Assembly (NCBI RefSeq): GCF_009914755.1
Contig: NC_060944.1
DNA: 64,000 nucleotides
Strand: one strand, 5' to 3'
Origin: the human T2T-CHM13v2.0 reference genome, Homo sapiens
The notes under the pieces: generated by a model
Databases searched by the model: none
What the model saw: only the letters and a program-made list of their open reading frames with translations
Told to the model about the DNA's origin: nothing
Program-made: the position numbers and the translations under genes
Part shown: positions 1 through 13,200 of the stretch, piece after piece
Layout: each line of letters begins with the position of its first letter
How positions within the stretch are numbered: position 1 is the first letter of the stretch

Positions 1-1035
1 ACATGGCAACGGCACTCGGGGAGTACCGGCTTGTGAGCAGGGCCGTTGCCTGGGATGGGGGGCAGACGTCTGAGCCTGAGGTCCCCAAAGCTCCGGGGCT
101 GGGTCGGGGGCCGTGGGTTGCTGCCTCCCAGCTGGCCTAGGCTAAGTGCCCCAAACTCTGCCCTCAGCACTCTCTTCCTTTGGCTTCAGTGGTGTGCTCT
201 GATTGTTTGGAAAATGCTGATACCTCCTCTTTCTTGGCCCCAGCAAAGAGGTCATTCTGGCTGCCCAAGCCCTGATCTGGGTCAGGGGAGACATCAGAAA
301 GAACCAGTGGGGGACTTGACAACGTTCCCTCGTCGAGGGGCAAAGACTTCCTGGCCTCCTCATTTCACTCCTTTTAGCCCAGAACTAAAATCAGAACCAC
401 TTCTGGGATCTCGGTACAAAGTCAAGGCTGAACTCTCTCCAGAACATCAGCTCTGGGAGGGCAGGAGCTTCTGTTGAGCATGTTCGAGGCTGTGGCCCTG
501 CGCCTAGGACAGTGCCTGGCAAGCGGGGGGACGCATTCATGCTGTACAACGGAGGGATGAAATCCACAGCTCCTGCCCGGTGGCAGATACGGGTTAATTG
601 TGTGACTAAGAGGGGTCTGTGGGTTTACAAACACACACTGGGTGGGGAGGCACAGTCAGGCCTGTATGGGCCTGTACTAATTCTGTGTGCAGTGTTAAGA
701 TGGAGTCATTCAAATGCAGTCCATCAGAAACGCATCCACTTCAGGCCTTGGCCTTCAATACCAGGGCCCTGGTTTTGCTTTTTCTCATAGGTGAAACAGG
801 CACACAGCTCCAGCCCCAGCTCAAAGTCCCAGCCTTTGACAGGCAGGGCAGGGACACACCTCCGGCACCCCTTGGGCCAGCCAAGGCAGAGTTTCCATCC
901 CACTCCCCTCCCTGCCCTGCCCCGCCCCCGACCCTCCTCTCCAAGCCTGCCCTGGCTTTCCAGCCTCAGAAAAGCCTCCTTCAGGCTTTCCCAAACATGT
1001 CAGTTTCTGGCTATCTCTGATACTTCCCAGATAAT

Positions 1036-1207
1036 TTTCTTTTTTCTTATGTTTTTAGAGACAGGGTCTTATTCTGTCACCCAAGCTGGAGTGCAGTGGC
1101 GCAATCATAGCTCACTGCAGCCTCCAACACGTGGGCTCAAGCCATCCTCCCGCCTCAGCTCTGGAGTAGCTGGGACCTCAGGCATGAGCCACGGACTGTT
1201 CCTGGCC
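1036..1207 (-). mobile_element. Alu monomer (FRAM/AluJ-like)
   Basis: Poly-T then gagacagggtc...gctcactgcagcctc; single arm. Confidence 0.85.
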
Positions 1208-1665
1208 ATAATTTCCTTAATATTTCTCTTGCAATCAATTCACTTTTTAAAACCTTACCTATATTTATTTTAAAAAGCCATGTCTTATTACTCCTATAAA
1301 AGGAAAACCAGTCACAAAGAGGATACTGTCAAAGTGAATATGGTGAAAATAAAATAATTTAACTCCTGCTGGGGCCTTCGTGCAAGAGAGATCGGCAAGG
1401 GCTAGAGAGGCGCTAAGGGCATACACACACCCACGGGACACTTGGCCTCTGACACGGTCAGGGTCCAAAGGCTGCTGAGAAATGAATCACTTATTGTGAG
1501 CATCATCCTGCACCACCAAACAGCATCTTGGGCACCACATGGCAGCAAAGGACTACCCGTTGGGAGGCCCTGGCCCTGCTGGCTCAGCGGCTCTCAGAGC
1601 CTCGCAGGTCAGGGCCGGCTGCAGTCAGGAGGGGGAGCCGTTGGGAGGGAAGGGAGCCTTCTTAC

Positions 1666-1795
1666 CTGTCCCAGCTGCTCACACGCCGTCTGGTACTCAG
1701 CACGCTGACACAGGTCCTTCACACGCTGGTACTTGGGCAGAAAGTTCTCCTCCTGGGCGTCCACCTTGTCATTGTCTCTCTTGTGTAGCAGCTTG
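1666..1795 (-). CDS. SULF2: SULF2 coding exon (exon 10), 130 nt; KLLHKRDNDKVDAQEENFLPKYQRVKDLCQRAEYQTACEQLGQ (start of hydrophilic domain)
   Basis: Acceptor cccatag|CAAGC, donor ACAG|gtaaga; peptide seen in ORF 1609..1869. Confidence 0.97.
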
Positions 1796-2249
1796 CTATG
1801 GGGCAGAGAGCAGGAGCCGCGGGGCCGGCCTCTCAGCTCTGGAGGAGCCCCGGAGGCATGTGTGCCCACCTAGAGGGGTGCCCCCTCGGCTCCGGCTTTT
1901 CCTCACAGTGGAGGGCGCAGGGCCACCTGCCCGGGTCTTCTGATGTTTAGGAAACTTAAGACATTGGAATTTTATAAGAAACTTCCCAAATTGCATGAGT
2001 TGGCAATAAATTAAATAAATTGAAGACATTGTAGAGGCTGGACAAAGCATGCCAAAAGGGTACACGTGACCTCAGACCCCAATTCTGTGTCTATAGGAGC
2101 AGTGAATGGGCTTTGTGTTTAGGGGCCTTTGGACCAACTTCAGAGCCATGGGCAGCTCCTGAATAGCATGATGCGGTGGGGCTACAGAAGCTTCCTGGGC
2201 AGAGGGAGGGAGGTGGGCAGGGGTGTCCCTCCCAGGACCCGGCACTCAC

Positions 2250-2306
2250 CCTCTCTCCACCAAGAAGGAGTCCCGCCAGACCCTCATCTTCTTTTTCAAG
2301 TGAAAC
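2250..2306 (-). CDS. SULF2: SULF2 coding exon (exon 9), 57 nt, phase 2-2; FHLKKKMRVWRDSFLVERG
   Basis: Acceptor tttttccag|GTTTC, donor GAGG|gtgagt; maintains the frame. Confidence 0.96.
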
Positions 2307-2569
2307 CTGGAAAAAAGCACGGCTCCTGCTTCTCAGCAACATGAGGGCTTCCCACGACCCCCCGTTCCCCCAGGAGCAGGGACGGCACCAGGAGTCAGCC
2401 TTGGTTTACGGTCAGCCTGGACAGCAATTGTGGTGAGTGTGCCCAGCTGGGCACTAGAGCATTGCCCACCCTCCTCTGAGTTGAGCCACCCCTTCCCCAG
2501 AGACTTGGGTCTGGAGACACACACAGTAGAAATGACCCAGGTCAAAATCACTGTAAGTCCCACCCAAGT

Positions 2570-2572
<3 letters not shown>

Positions 2573-2608
<36 letters not shown>
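2573..2608. repeat. (TG)18 microsatellite
   Basis: Uninterrupted TG run followed by CGCACACACA. Confidence 0.97.
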
Positions 2609-2611
<3 letters not shown>

Positions 2612-2664
2612 ACACACATCTCAAGCCCCTCCCAGGAAGCCCAGCAACTCCCCCGGCGCTAGAC

Positions 2665-2783
2665 GAGCTCTATCTCGAGTTCAGCGTCAGGCGCAGTGGT
2701 TCAGCATCAGGCGCAGTGGTTTGGCGTCTTGAGCTCTGTCTTGAGCTCAGTGTCAGGCGCAGTGGTTGCCTTGATGTCAGGTT
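2665..2783. repeat. Short degenerate tandem repeat (TCAGGCGCAGTGGTT x3)
   Basis: 20-mers at 2681-2700 and 2701-2720 match 19/20; 37-mers at 2665-2701 and 2731-2767 match 33/37. Confidence 0.9.
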
Positions 2784-3192
2784 AATTGCATTGGGTTTTG
2801 GGAGTATTTTCTTCTTTGGTGCTTTGCAGTTGCATGTATGTAATTTGTATGTTTCATCCAGTGCCACCTGGTCATTTCCATTTCCTAGATGGGGACTCTG
2901 AAGCTGAGAGGGGAAGCTTCCACCCTGTCCCCTGACCCCCAGGTGTCCTGGCTCCCAGGCCAGTGTCCCCAAACATGTCCATTGTATACCATTACAGCTT
3001 GCCTGGCCTCACAGTCAGGGGAGGAGCCTCAATGGACACGGTCCCCCTACAGGGCAGCCAGATGTGGGCACACAGTGCTCGCCTGGCTGGAGCCTCTGGG
3101 AGGCCACGGGGGAAGGGCTCCGCTGCCAGAGGTGCAAGCCAGGAGTTGAAGTAGCACCTGGAGGCCAGGAACCTGGTGGCTGTTAAGAGCGC

Positions 3193-3211
3193 TGGCCACC
3201 AGATGTCGCTG
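3193..3211 (+). promoter_or_regulatory. Candidate CTCF binding site
   Basis: TGGCCACCAGATGTCGCTG vs consensus TGGCCACCAG(G/A)(G/T)GGCGCT. Confidence 0.65.
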
Positions 3212-3851
3212 CGGCCACACCAGCCTCCCCGCCCTGACTCAGCCCACCTCCCACCTGTCCGACTTGCTCACCCTCACGGCTCCTATTCTGCCTCTCTGGA
3301 CACCTAGGAATATGTTCCCATCACACCCTCCAGCATTAAAGTTATGGGGCGTGGTGAGTCAGCATCTGAATTCCCAGAGCTACATCCAGACTTGCTGGGA
3401 TACCTCCGACACGTCACTCAATCGCTTTGGGATTCAGATTCCAAACTGGTAAAATGGGGATGATGATAATGTCCACCTCGCTGGGTTACTGTGAGGATCA
3501 AATTCCTAGATTTCCCTGCACAGTACTTAGAATAGGGCCTCACACACAAGCGCCGTGCAGTTAGCACCAACTCCTACCATCACTGCTGCTATCATTTCAA
3601 GCTTTGGGTAATTTTAGCTCAGAGAAGGTCCCCAACTGGTCACCTTGGCCACATTCCAGATGGGAAGACAGAATCTCGGAGAGGGGACCATGCTTCTCTC
3701 CCACAGCAGGTAAGTGGTTGGCATGGCGGGACCTGAGAACCCCAGCTCCCGACCCTTGGAGACCCCACGTTCTAGACCCACAGGGTTTTGCTCTGAGTTC
3801 CCGCAGGTCAATGTCCCGGCCCCCTCAACACCTGCCCTGCTCCGTCCTCAC

Positions 3852-3980
3852 CGATTCACCGGCCGCTCCGTGTCCAGCAGCTTGAGGATGGATTTCCCGT
3901 CCATATCCGCAGGTATGTCCAGGCCTGCAATGTCCAGGATGGTGGGGGCCAGGTCAATGTTGAGGACGATGTGGGGATTC
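3852..3980 (-). CDS. SULF2: SULF2 coding exon (exon 8), 129 nt, phase 2-2; [43 protein letters not shown]
   Basis: Acceptor ccccag|GAATC, donor ATCG|gtgagg. IDLAPT...DGKS is the typical sulfatase C-terminal motif. Confidence 0.97.
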
Positions 3981-4496
3981 CTGGGGGAGGCAGGAGATCG
4001 GGGACTCAGTCACTCAGGTGGTGGTGCCTCAGCCTCGCGTGGGGGGTGGGGAGCGGTAGGTGGGCAGCAGTTTGTGGGAGGCTGACATCTGCAGGTATGG
4101 AAGCTGCAGTCTGGCACCTCAACCTCAGCAGCTCCCCTCTGCGGCCCAGATTCAGCTGAACCCCCACTCTGTGCTCGCCCCCCCTTAGTTTCTGTGTCTC
4201 AGCTCATGCCGTGAGCTGACAGCCTCACCCTGTCCCCCTCCTGCCCTTCCTGTCCCCACTTCCTGAGTGAAGGCGACCCCCCCTTTACAGCCAGCCCAAA
4301 TCCTGGCCCTTCCTGAACCCTTCCCCTGAACCTCTGGGGCAGACACTGGCTCCTCGCTGTTCCTTGACAGCCCAGGCACAGTGCAGCCTCAGGGCCTTCT
4401 TCTTTACCATCCTCTCTGCCTGGAATGTCCTTTCCCTGGAGATCAGGGGCCACCGTCCCTCACCCCTTTAGTTCTTTGCTCTATGACCAAGGAGGC

Positions 4497-5010
4497 CCGT
4501 GACAGGCCTCAGTGGTCCCCAGAATCCCTGTCCCTGGTGATCACACCTTAATGTGACCCCCTCACCTTGGGTGTGGACCAACCTGCACCTGCTGCCAACC
4601 AGTGGGTTGTGAAGGTGATGGGCTGTCACTCCCGTGGTTGTGTTATGAGATAGTCAACTACTATCCTGCTAGCAGTCTGGCTCTGGTTTCTTTCTCCCCT
4701 TGCTGGCTTTGAAGAAGCAAGCCACTCTAAATCAGCAGCTAGACTGTGAGCAGTCTGGGAGGCAGACTGCATGGGTTCAAGTCCTCTGCTTGCACTTGAC
4801 CTGCCCCATGAGCAGGGACGCAGATGCTCCCCAGTCAAGCCTCTGGATGAGACCACAGCCCTGGCCGGCACCTTGATTTCAGCCTAAGCAGACGACCCTG
4901 CAGGGCTAGGCCCAGGCTTCTGACCCTCAGACACTGTGAGTTTGTACATGTGTGTTGTCTTAAGCTGCTGAGTTTGTGGCAGTTTGTTCTGCAGCACAGA
5001 TACCCAACAC
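4497..5010 (+). mobile_element. MaLR LTR (MLT1F/G-like) inserted in L2
   Basis: Typical 3' end gttgtcttaagctgctgagtttgtggcagtttgtt...aca; L2-like flanks at about 4370-4490 and 5011-5260. Confidence 0.75.
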
Positions 5011-5254
5011 AAGGCCCCTCCTGAGGACCCTATTCGGAACTGCGCCCCCTCCCCACCCTCCCTGCTTTATCTTTCTCCTGAAGACTTATCACCATCTCAT
5101 ATGCTATATAATTTACTTATTTCTCTGGCTTATTGTCTATTGCCCAGTTAGACTCTAAGCTGCAGGAAGGCTGGCTCAGGTGGTCACTTCTGTATCTCCA
5201 GGACTTATACCCTTAGAACACAGAGGAGCTACTCAGTAAATATTGGCTAAGTGA

Positions 5255-5577
<323 letters not shown>

Positions 5578-6049
5578 TCTTGTTTCTGGCTGATGGCATT
5601 CCCAATGTAGGGTAAGGGACTTAAGGGGTGTGCCCAGCACAGGACCCAGGACCTGTTGAATGGTGGACAGTCCCGTCAGAGCATCTGAGTGCCTTCCCCG
5701 CTAGTTCCCTGGGGACCAGGGCAGGGCCTGGGTCCTAGGGTTTCCGTCATCTTTAACCCCTCATCTCTCCCCAGTCCAGTGCCCTGTGAACGTCGGGCAG
5801 GCTGCCAAGCATGTGTGCAGCTGCTGAAGATGGGGCTGTGTCATGGGGGGCTCGAAGGCCAGCGTGAGGCGCTACAACTGAATCCAGAGGCGAGGGAGCT
5901 GGGAAGACTGCTGAGCGACGGGCGCTCTGCAGAACCCAGCAACCGGCAGCTAATGGGGCTGAGCTTGTCCAGTGGTCCCGCTCCCCCAGGCTCAGGGGAA
6001 GGAGGACAGTGGTTGCTTTTCCTGGCCAGCACCAATGCCTTGCTCTGTG

Positions 6050-6512
6050 TCACAGCTTCTAATTCTGTAGGAACTACCTGGCCCCATTCAGAGTCCCCTG
6101 CCCAATGTACTCAGCCTGGTTACTCAAGGGTTTCTGTCACCTCTGGCTACAGTGAATGGTTCAGGGAAGGACACGTGACCTAAGTCAGGCCAGTGGGAGT
6201 CAGCCTCAGGTCTTCTGTTCAAAGCAGTTTGGCTTCCTAAACAGGATGGCTGAAAATCTGGAGCTGCTGACCCTGCCACAAGGAGAAAAACCCACCTGAG
6301 AATGAAGCCAATTCGGCGGAAGTGGGACTGAGAGATAAGAAATGAGAGCTTTCCAATGGCATTGTAAGACTGCTGGATCCAGCCATGCCTGAGGCTGGAG
6401 CTGTGCATGGACTTTTCAGTAACTATAGTTACTGTGTTCCTTTTATCTTACATGCCTTATCTGGTTCAAAGGTCATTTCTGCTTGCAACCAAAGGAGTCC
6501 TGGCTGACAGAT
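6050..6512 (+). mobile_element. MaLR LTR (MLT1J/K-like)
   Basis: cacgtgacctaagtcaggcca, ctggatccagccatgcctga and ttgcaaccaaaggagtcct motifs. Confidence 0.7.
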
Positions 6513-6873
6513 ACCGTGTGTCTTTGGTCCCAAACCTGACATGAGCACTCTCTTTTTCTTGACCATGTGGGATGTGGTTTTGGGCCCTATGAGTCAGATC
6601 ACAGATTCCGAGGCTGACCAAACCCCCAATGTCAGTGTTTGTAGAGCCCTCAGTGGGTCAGATTCTTTCTGTTCACAGGGATGGTTTGAAGTTTCTGAGA
6701 GGCGTGGCAGATGGGAATAGAGACTGCCTGGTTTCAAGCCCCAGCCCCTTCCCTTACTTGCTGTAAACTCAGGCAACTTAACCTCTCCGTGCCTCAGTGG
6801 CCTTGGGTGTAAAATGGGGCTACTATGAGCATCCACGTCACAGGGCAGTTGTGATGCTGAAACGAATTATTAA

Positions 6874-7203
<330 letters not shown>

Positions 7204-8169
7204 TAGACGCTCCATACGTGTGGACTGTCGTTATTACAGCTCTTAGTCCAATGGGGACGCTAAGAGCCAAAGACGGGCGTGATCTGATAAGGTCAACAGT
7301 CAGTCATCACTTTCTCTGGCCTTGAACTCATGCAGCCTGCCTCCTGGAATTCTCGCAAAATGTCCAAGGCAGTGGGAACATGTCAGTCTGGAATTCCACA
7401 CTGCACTGTCAACGCCTTTTCAGGAGGAATTCCGCAGCCAGCCCTGTGTGAGTGCTGGGTGTGTGTTCCCACATCTGGGCATGAGCAGAAGGCAGACCAA
7501 ATGACAGTCTTAATAGCAACACATCTGCTTTTCAAAAACCTCATTTGAGCCAGCCTCCATAATATCCCAGCCGATCCAAGGAAGCTGCTGCCGTGAACAG
7601 CGGCCTGTCCGCTCCCCTGCCCCAGACGCAGCATGTTCGCTGCCAGAACATGTCAACTCAAAGGTTAGCCCGAGGAGAATGGCTGGCTGAGGGCTGCGGC
7701 CCACGTGGTCCTCCAGGAAGGATGGGAGGGAAGAGCATTTCCCTTTGTGCTGCTGCCCAGAGTTGGCTCAGCTGATCCCAGCTGACAACCAGCTGCCTGT
7801 GCTGTGGTCCGGGGTTCCTCCCTGACAACCTCCAGGCTCAAAGACTGCCCAGCCCAGAACAGAAATCCAAGCACCATTCCCACCCGCTGGTGACATGCAT
7901 GTGCGCGCACACACGTATACAGCCCAGCTCCCTGGATTTCCTGGCATACGGCCCCACCACACCTGTTTCCACAGGTGCTAACAGCTCCCGGCCTCTCCTT
8001 CCCCAGCAGAGGGATATAACATGCATGACATAATTGCTTTCCGCTGGCCCTGGGGTACATCTGCGAAAACTGTGTGCCACCCAGGGTGGGCTTGGGTTTG
8101 GGCTGCATGGTTGAAGCCCTGAGCTGGGCCCAGGGGCCTCCCTGGGTCCCTGGGGGATGACACACTTAC

Positions 8170-8345
8170 AGACAGCCGGCTTCCACGTTGGGGCCCCTCA
8201 CGTAGAACGGGACCCTGATGTCAAACTCATATGGCATGGATTTCCCTTTCACCAGGCCAAACTGGCCGATGTGGTAACCGTGGTCGGCGGTGTATACGAT
8301 GTACGTGTTGTCCAGCTCGCCCGTCTCAACCAGCATGTTGTAAAT
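8170..8345 (-). CDS. SULF2: SULF2 coding exon (exon 7), 176 nt; [59 protein letters not shown]
   Basis: Acceptor ttgcag|ATTTA, donor GTCT|gtaagt. Carries the sulfatase metal-binding (S/A)DHG motif and the GK motif. Confidence 0.98.
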
Positions 8346-8769
8346 CTGCAACACGGGCGAGGAGGCAAGGGACAGTGGGGACTGGGTGCCTGGCCCGTCT
8401 CCGACCCGGGGTGACAGGCGCTTGAGATCTCAGGCCCCGTCCCTCCCCTGCTTCAGGTCTTTGCTCAACTTTCCCAGGGGCTGTCCCCTTTGTCACTGCA
8501 CCTTCCTGCCTCTTGTCACCCCTGGCCCGCCCTCCCCTCCACGGTTCTTCATGGCCCTTCTTGGCATCCATCTCTTTTACTTATCTGTGGATCATCTGTG
8601 TCCCTGCCTTGGCATGCTGCCTCCATTAGGGCAGACACTTTTGTCATTTTGTTCCCTGCCTGCTGTATCCCACGTACACTGGCACTCAATAATGCTGTCA
8701 GGTGAATGAATGAATGAGTGAAACTTGGGCTGCAGCCTATGGCAGGATCTTGCGATCTGGAAGGGCGCC

Positions 8770-9350
8770 GTGTGGCAGAACTTTCTGCATTGGTGGCCGT
8801 GTTAATGTCTGCACTGTCCGATATGGACACATATTGGCTCCAGCCACACGAACCTACTGAGCATGTGAAATGAGGCTTGTGTGACAGAAGAACTGACTTT
8901 ATAATGTTACTGCATTCAGTTTAAATAGCCATGGCTAAATAAAATGTGACAATACCCATACAATGCGATATTATTCAGCAATAACAGGGAATGAGGGGGA
9001 CTGATTCATGCGACACCAGGGGTGAAGCTTGAACACGTGGCGCTAAGTGAAAGAAAGGCGCTGGGCACAGAAGGCCACAGCGTGTACGATTCCATTTATA
9101 GGAAGTGTGCAGAACACCAAATCTATAGAGACAGAAAGAGATCACCAGTTGTCTGGGGCTGGGGGTGAGGGAGATTTAGTGGGCCATCTAAGGGCTGTGA
9201 GGTTTCTCTTTGGGGTAAGAAAAATGTCCTAACATGGATGTGGTGATGGTTATACAACTCTGGGCATATTAAAACCACAGAATTGCACACTTTAATTGGG
9301 GGAATTGTATGGTATGTGAATTACATCCCAATAAATGTGTTCAAAAATGT
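8770..9350 (+). mobile_element. MER3-like hAT fragment followed by an L1M 3' end
   Basis: cactgtccgatatgg...actgagcatgtgaaatg; L1MB/ME 3' UTR ending in caataaa. Confidence 0.7.
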
Positions 9351-9606
9351 AAATAGCAGGAAAAAATATAACTAGCATATATGGTTACCGTATTGGGCAA
9401 CACAGATCTAGAAAATGTTTCATGAAGGAAGAGGCTTTTGTCTGGATTGCTCCAAGCTGTTCCCCAGGTCTAGCACATGGGGCCTCTTCATTCTGCCTTT
9501 GATTTCTATTCCTCCAGGAAAACCCTGAAGGGCCAGGAGGTCTCGGCCCTGGCCTGGCTGGGGGTTTGGAGCCACGCCCACCAAGAGGCATGCAGCGGGC
9601 GCCTAC

Positions 9607-9757
9607 CGTCTCCATGGAGTCGTCCACCGACATGAGGGTCTGCAAGCGCTTCCGCTGGAGCATGTTGGTGAATTCCATGTGGATGGGCTTCATGGGCCCC
9701 GTGTAGCGCATGATCCAGTGTTTGTCCGGGTTGGGCGCGTAGTTGTAGCTCGGCGTG
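9607..9757 (-). CDS. SULF2: SULF2 coding exon (exon 6), 151 nt; [50 protein letters not shown]
   Basis: Acceptor caccag|CACGC, donor GACG|gtaggc; peptide seen in ORF 9385..9780. Confidence 0.98.
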
Positions 9758-10407
9758 CTGGTGGGCAAGGACATACACATCGGTCAAACCCAGGGACAGC
9801 CTGGACCCTGCCTGGCCCCCGCCAGACCCGCCCGGATGAGCAGCCACCCTGTGCTGTGTCTGCAGCCCAGGGCCAGGTGTGATCTCCTGGTGGGAAAGGG
9901 GACATTGGCATGTCAGGGGCTTATCCAAACCCTGTTTCAGCGTTTCTCCACGTGTGAAGTGTGCACTTGGGAAGCTCCTAAGAGGCACAGCATTCAGTGA
10001 CCTTGAGTGACAAAGTGAGACAGCCAGTCCCTTGTCGGCTCTCTCAGGGCAAAGTCTGTTTGGTGCTAGTGTTTCTTTAACACCTCTCTAGACTTTGCTC
10101 GTCTTCCTTTTGAAAAAAGGGAAGAAAGTCAAGTTCAGAGCCTTCATCGGGAACCAGTACCCAACTCAAATTCCATAGCATTGCTTTGTGTGCCTTGTAC
10201 CTATTATTGGTAGATGGCAGTTACCTTTGGTGAATGGCAGGTGGCAGTTATTGTGGTTAAGGTAGGACCACGGAATATCCTTTTGCAATAGATTTTAGTT
10301 TGAAATAATAGAAATGGATTTAAAAATGAAATAAGTCATAGTTTTATGTGTAAGGCCAGAATTGTGAGGAAGGCACCTGAATGTGCACATTTGGGACATG
10401 CCACACT

Positions 10408-10997
<590 letters not shown>

Positions 10998-12774
10998 TAA
11001 TCGTGCAGCAGGAGTGTGTTGGGCAAAGTTCTGTCTGAGCACCTGTGATGTGAGGGATGGAGGGACCCCAAGCAGGTATCTATGATGATATCATGGCAGT
11101 GGTTGACTATACCAGCTGCTGGGGTTCGAGCCCCAGTTCTGTCTTTGGCCAGTTAGTCCCCTCCCAAGGCATCAGTTCCCTCATTTCCTACCCAAGGAGA
11201 ATACAGACAGTGCCAGTTCCCAGGAAGGTTGTGAGCACTGAGGGAGAGGCTGTAAGGGGAACCCTTCTAACCATGGCCAGTGCGTGATGACTGCTTGGGA
11301 GAGGTTATCATTGGTGTGTCCCTTTGTCATTAGTAATCACGGGTGACTCCACGGCAGAAGTCAGGTACACTGGGTCTGTCACTCACTCCGTGAGACAGCG
11401 GGCAGGTCCCCAAACTTCTCTGATCCTCTCTATTTCCTGGTTAGTCAATGGGAGATTAAACCAAAACCAGAGGAAACATTGTGAGCAAACCAAGAGCACC
11501 TCCTTGTCACCTCAGTTTATGCCGGGCCGCTGGCTCCGAGCTACTGAAAACCGCAGCATGGGGGAGTCTCCTGGGTGGGGTGCACCATTGACAGGAGGCA
11601 CTGTTTAAGGCCTCACAAAACGTGGGCTTCCTCGCCCTGGGCCTGATGGTTCTTGAAGGCCAGGTTCCCTGCAAATCTGGCCTCTCTTCCCAGTCAAGGC
11701 TGAAGTAAAGGGTGAGTTTCCACTGCTTTTCACAGTGGGTGTTCTGGGGGCAAGGAGCTCCCGCGAAGAAGAGGAGGAAAAACAAGCCTGGTCAGAGGGG
11801 CACAGACATGTCTCCCTCTGGCCTGGTACGTCGGGACTTCAGCAGCGTCTCAGATATCACAATCGTCCGGGGCAGAAATTGTGACGCTGCCGCTGGGGTA
11901 GCTTGGCAGCTGTGGACACCGTTGCTATGTAAGGCGGGAGGTGAGTCACTGTCTCCAAGGCTCCCCTGGACTCGGCTTTCTCAGCCCCTGGCTGATCTGC
12001 AGCCTCATGCCACTGAATCCATCAGGGCCCATGCTTCCTTTCATTACAGAACGGCCAGGCTCTCCTGTGGGCTGGCTCTGCTGTCTCAGGGCCTGACCCG
12101 CCATGTAGAACATTCCCAGGAACAAGCTCAGCTCCCCTCTCAGATCTCTCCCACCGAGGAACTGAAAGGGGGCTGCTGGGGGCAGCAGTCGGACAGAGAC
12201 GCTCTCAGAGCAGCGAGCGTGTGGGAAAATTGGTCCCGCAGGCCCAAGGGCCCGGATTCCAGGATGCAATTTTCAGCAATCATCCCTGAATCCATGAGAA
12301 GTTAGGCTGACATCGGCCCTCGAGAACAGTGAGGGGTGACTGTTCAGAGGATGATGATTTCTGCAGCCCCGGCTCGGAGAGAGCGCTTTTGGAGAAGGAC
12401 ACTGAGGCCAGAAGGCAGCAGAGCCGGGTGGTGCTTGGGGTCGACGCCAGCTTGCTGGTTGCCTGTGTCAAGCCAGGCTCCCCCAGGGAGGATGTCGGCA
12501 TCTTCCCATGGGCCCAGCTGCCTGTTCAACAAACATCTGAAAACTTCACCTCCTCCAGCATCCGAGGAATATCTGGTGCGTTCACAAAAGGGCGTGAAGA
12601 AGACCATCCCCCTTCCCTTCTGCTGGGGAAATGGCGGGAAGATGGTGGTGTCCTCACAGCCCCTCCACTGTGTGTCTGGGGCCATCAGCAGCAGCCCCAA
12701 CATCCCTCGCCCCAAAGCCCTTGAAGCCACAATCAGCGCCCTTTGAAGGGAAGCTCTGAGGGCTGGTGGGCTGT

Positions 12775-13200
<426 letters not shown>

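Noticed and set aside
2005-2022. Tandem AATAAA hexamers on +
   Set aside because: Antisense to SULF2, in an AT-rich patch, with no supporting transcript evidence in the sequence.
2665-2783. CRISPR-like or tRNA-like reading of the short array
   Set aside because: No regular unique spacers, no cas genes, primate intron; no cloverleaf or clear B-box.
3714-4085. Plus-strand ORFs overlapping SULF2 exons (also 8157-8414, 61791-62012)
   Set aside because: Antisense shadows of GC3-rich coding exons.
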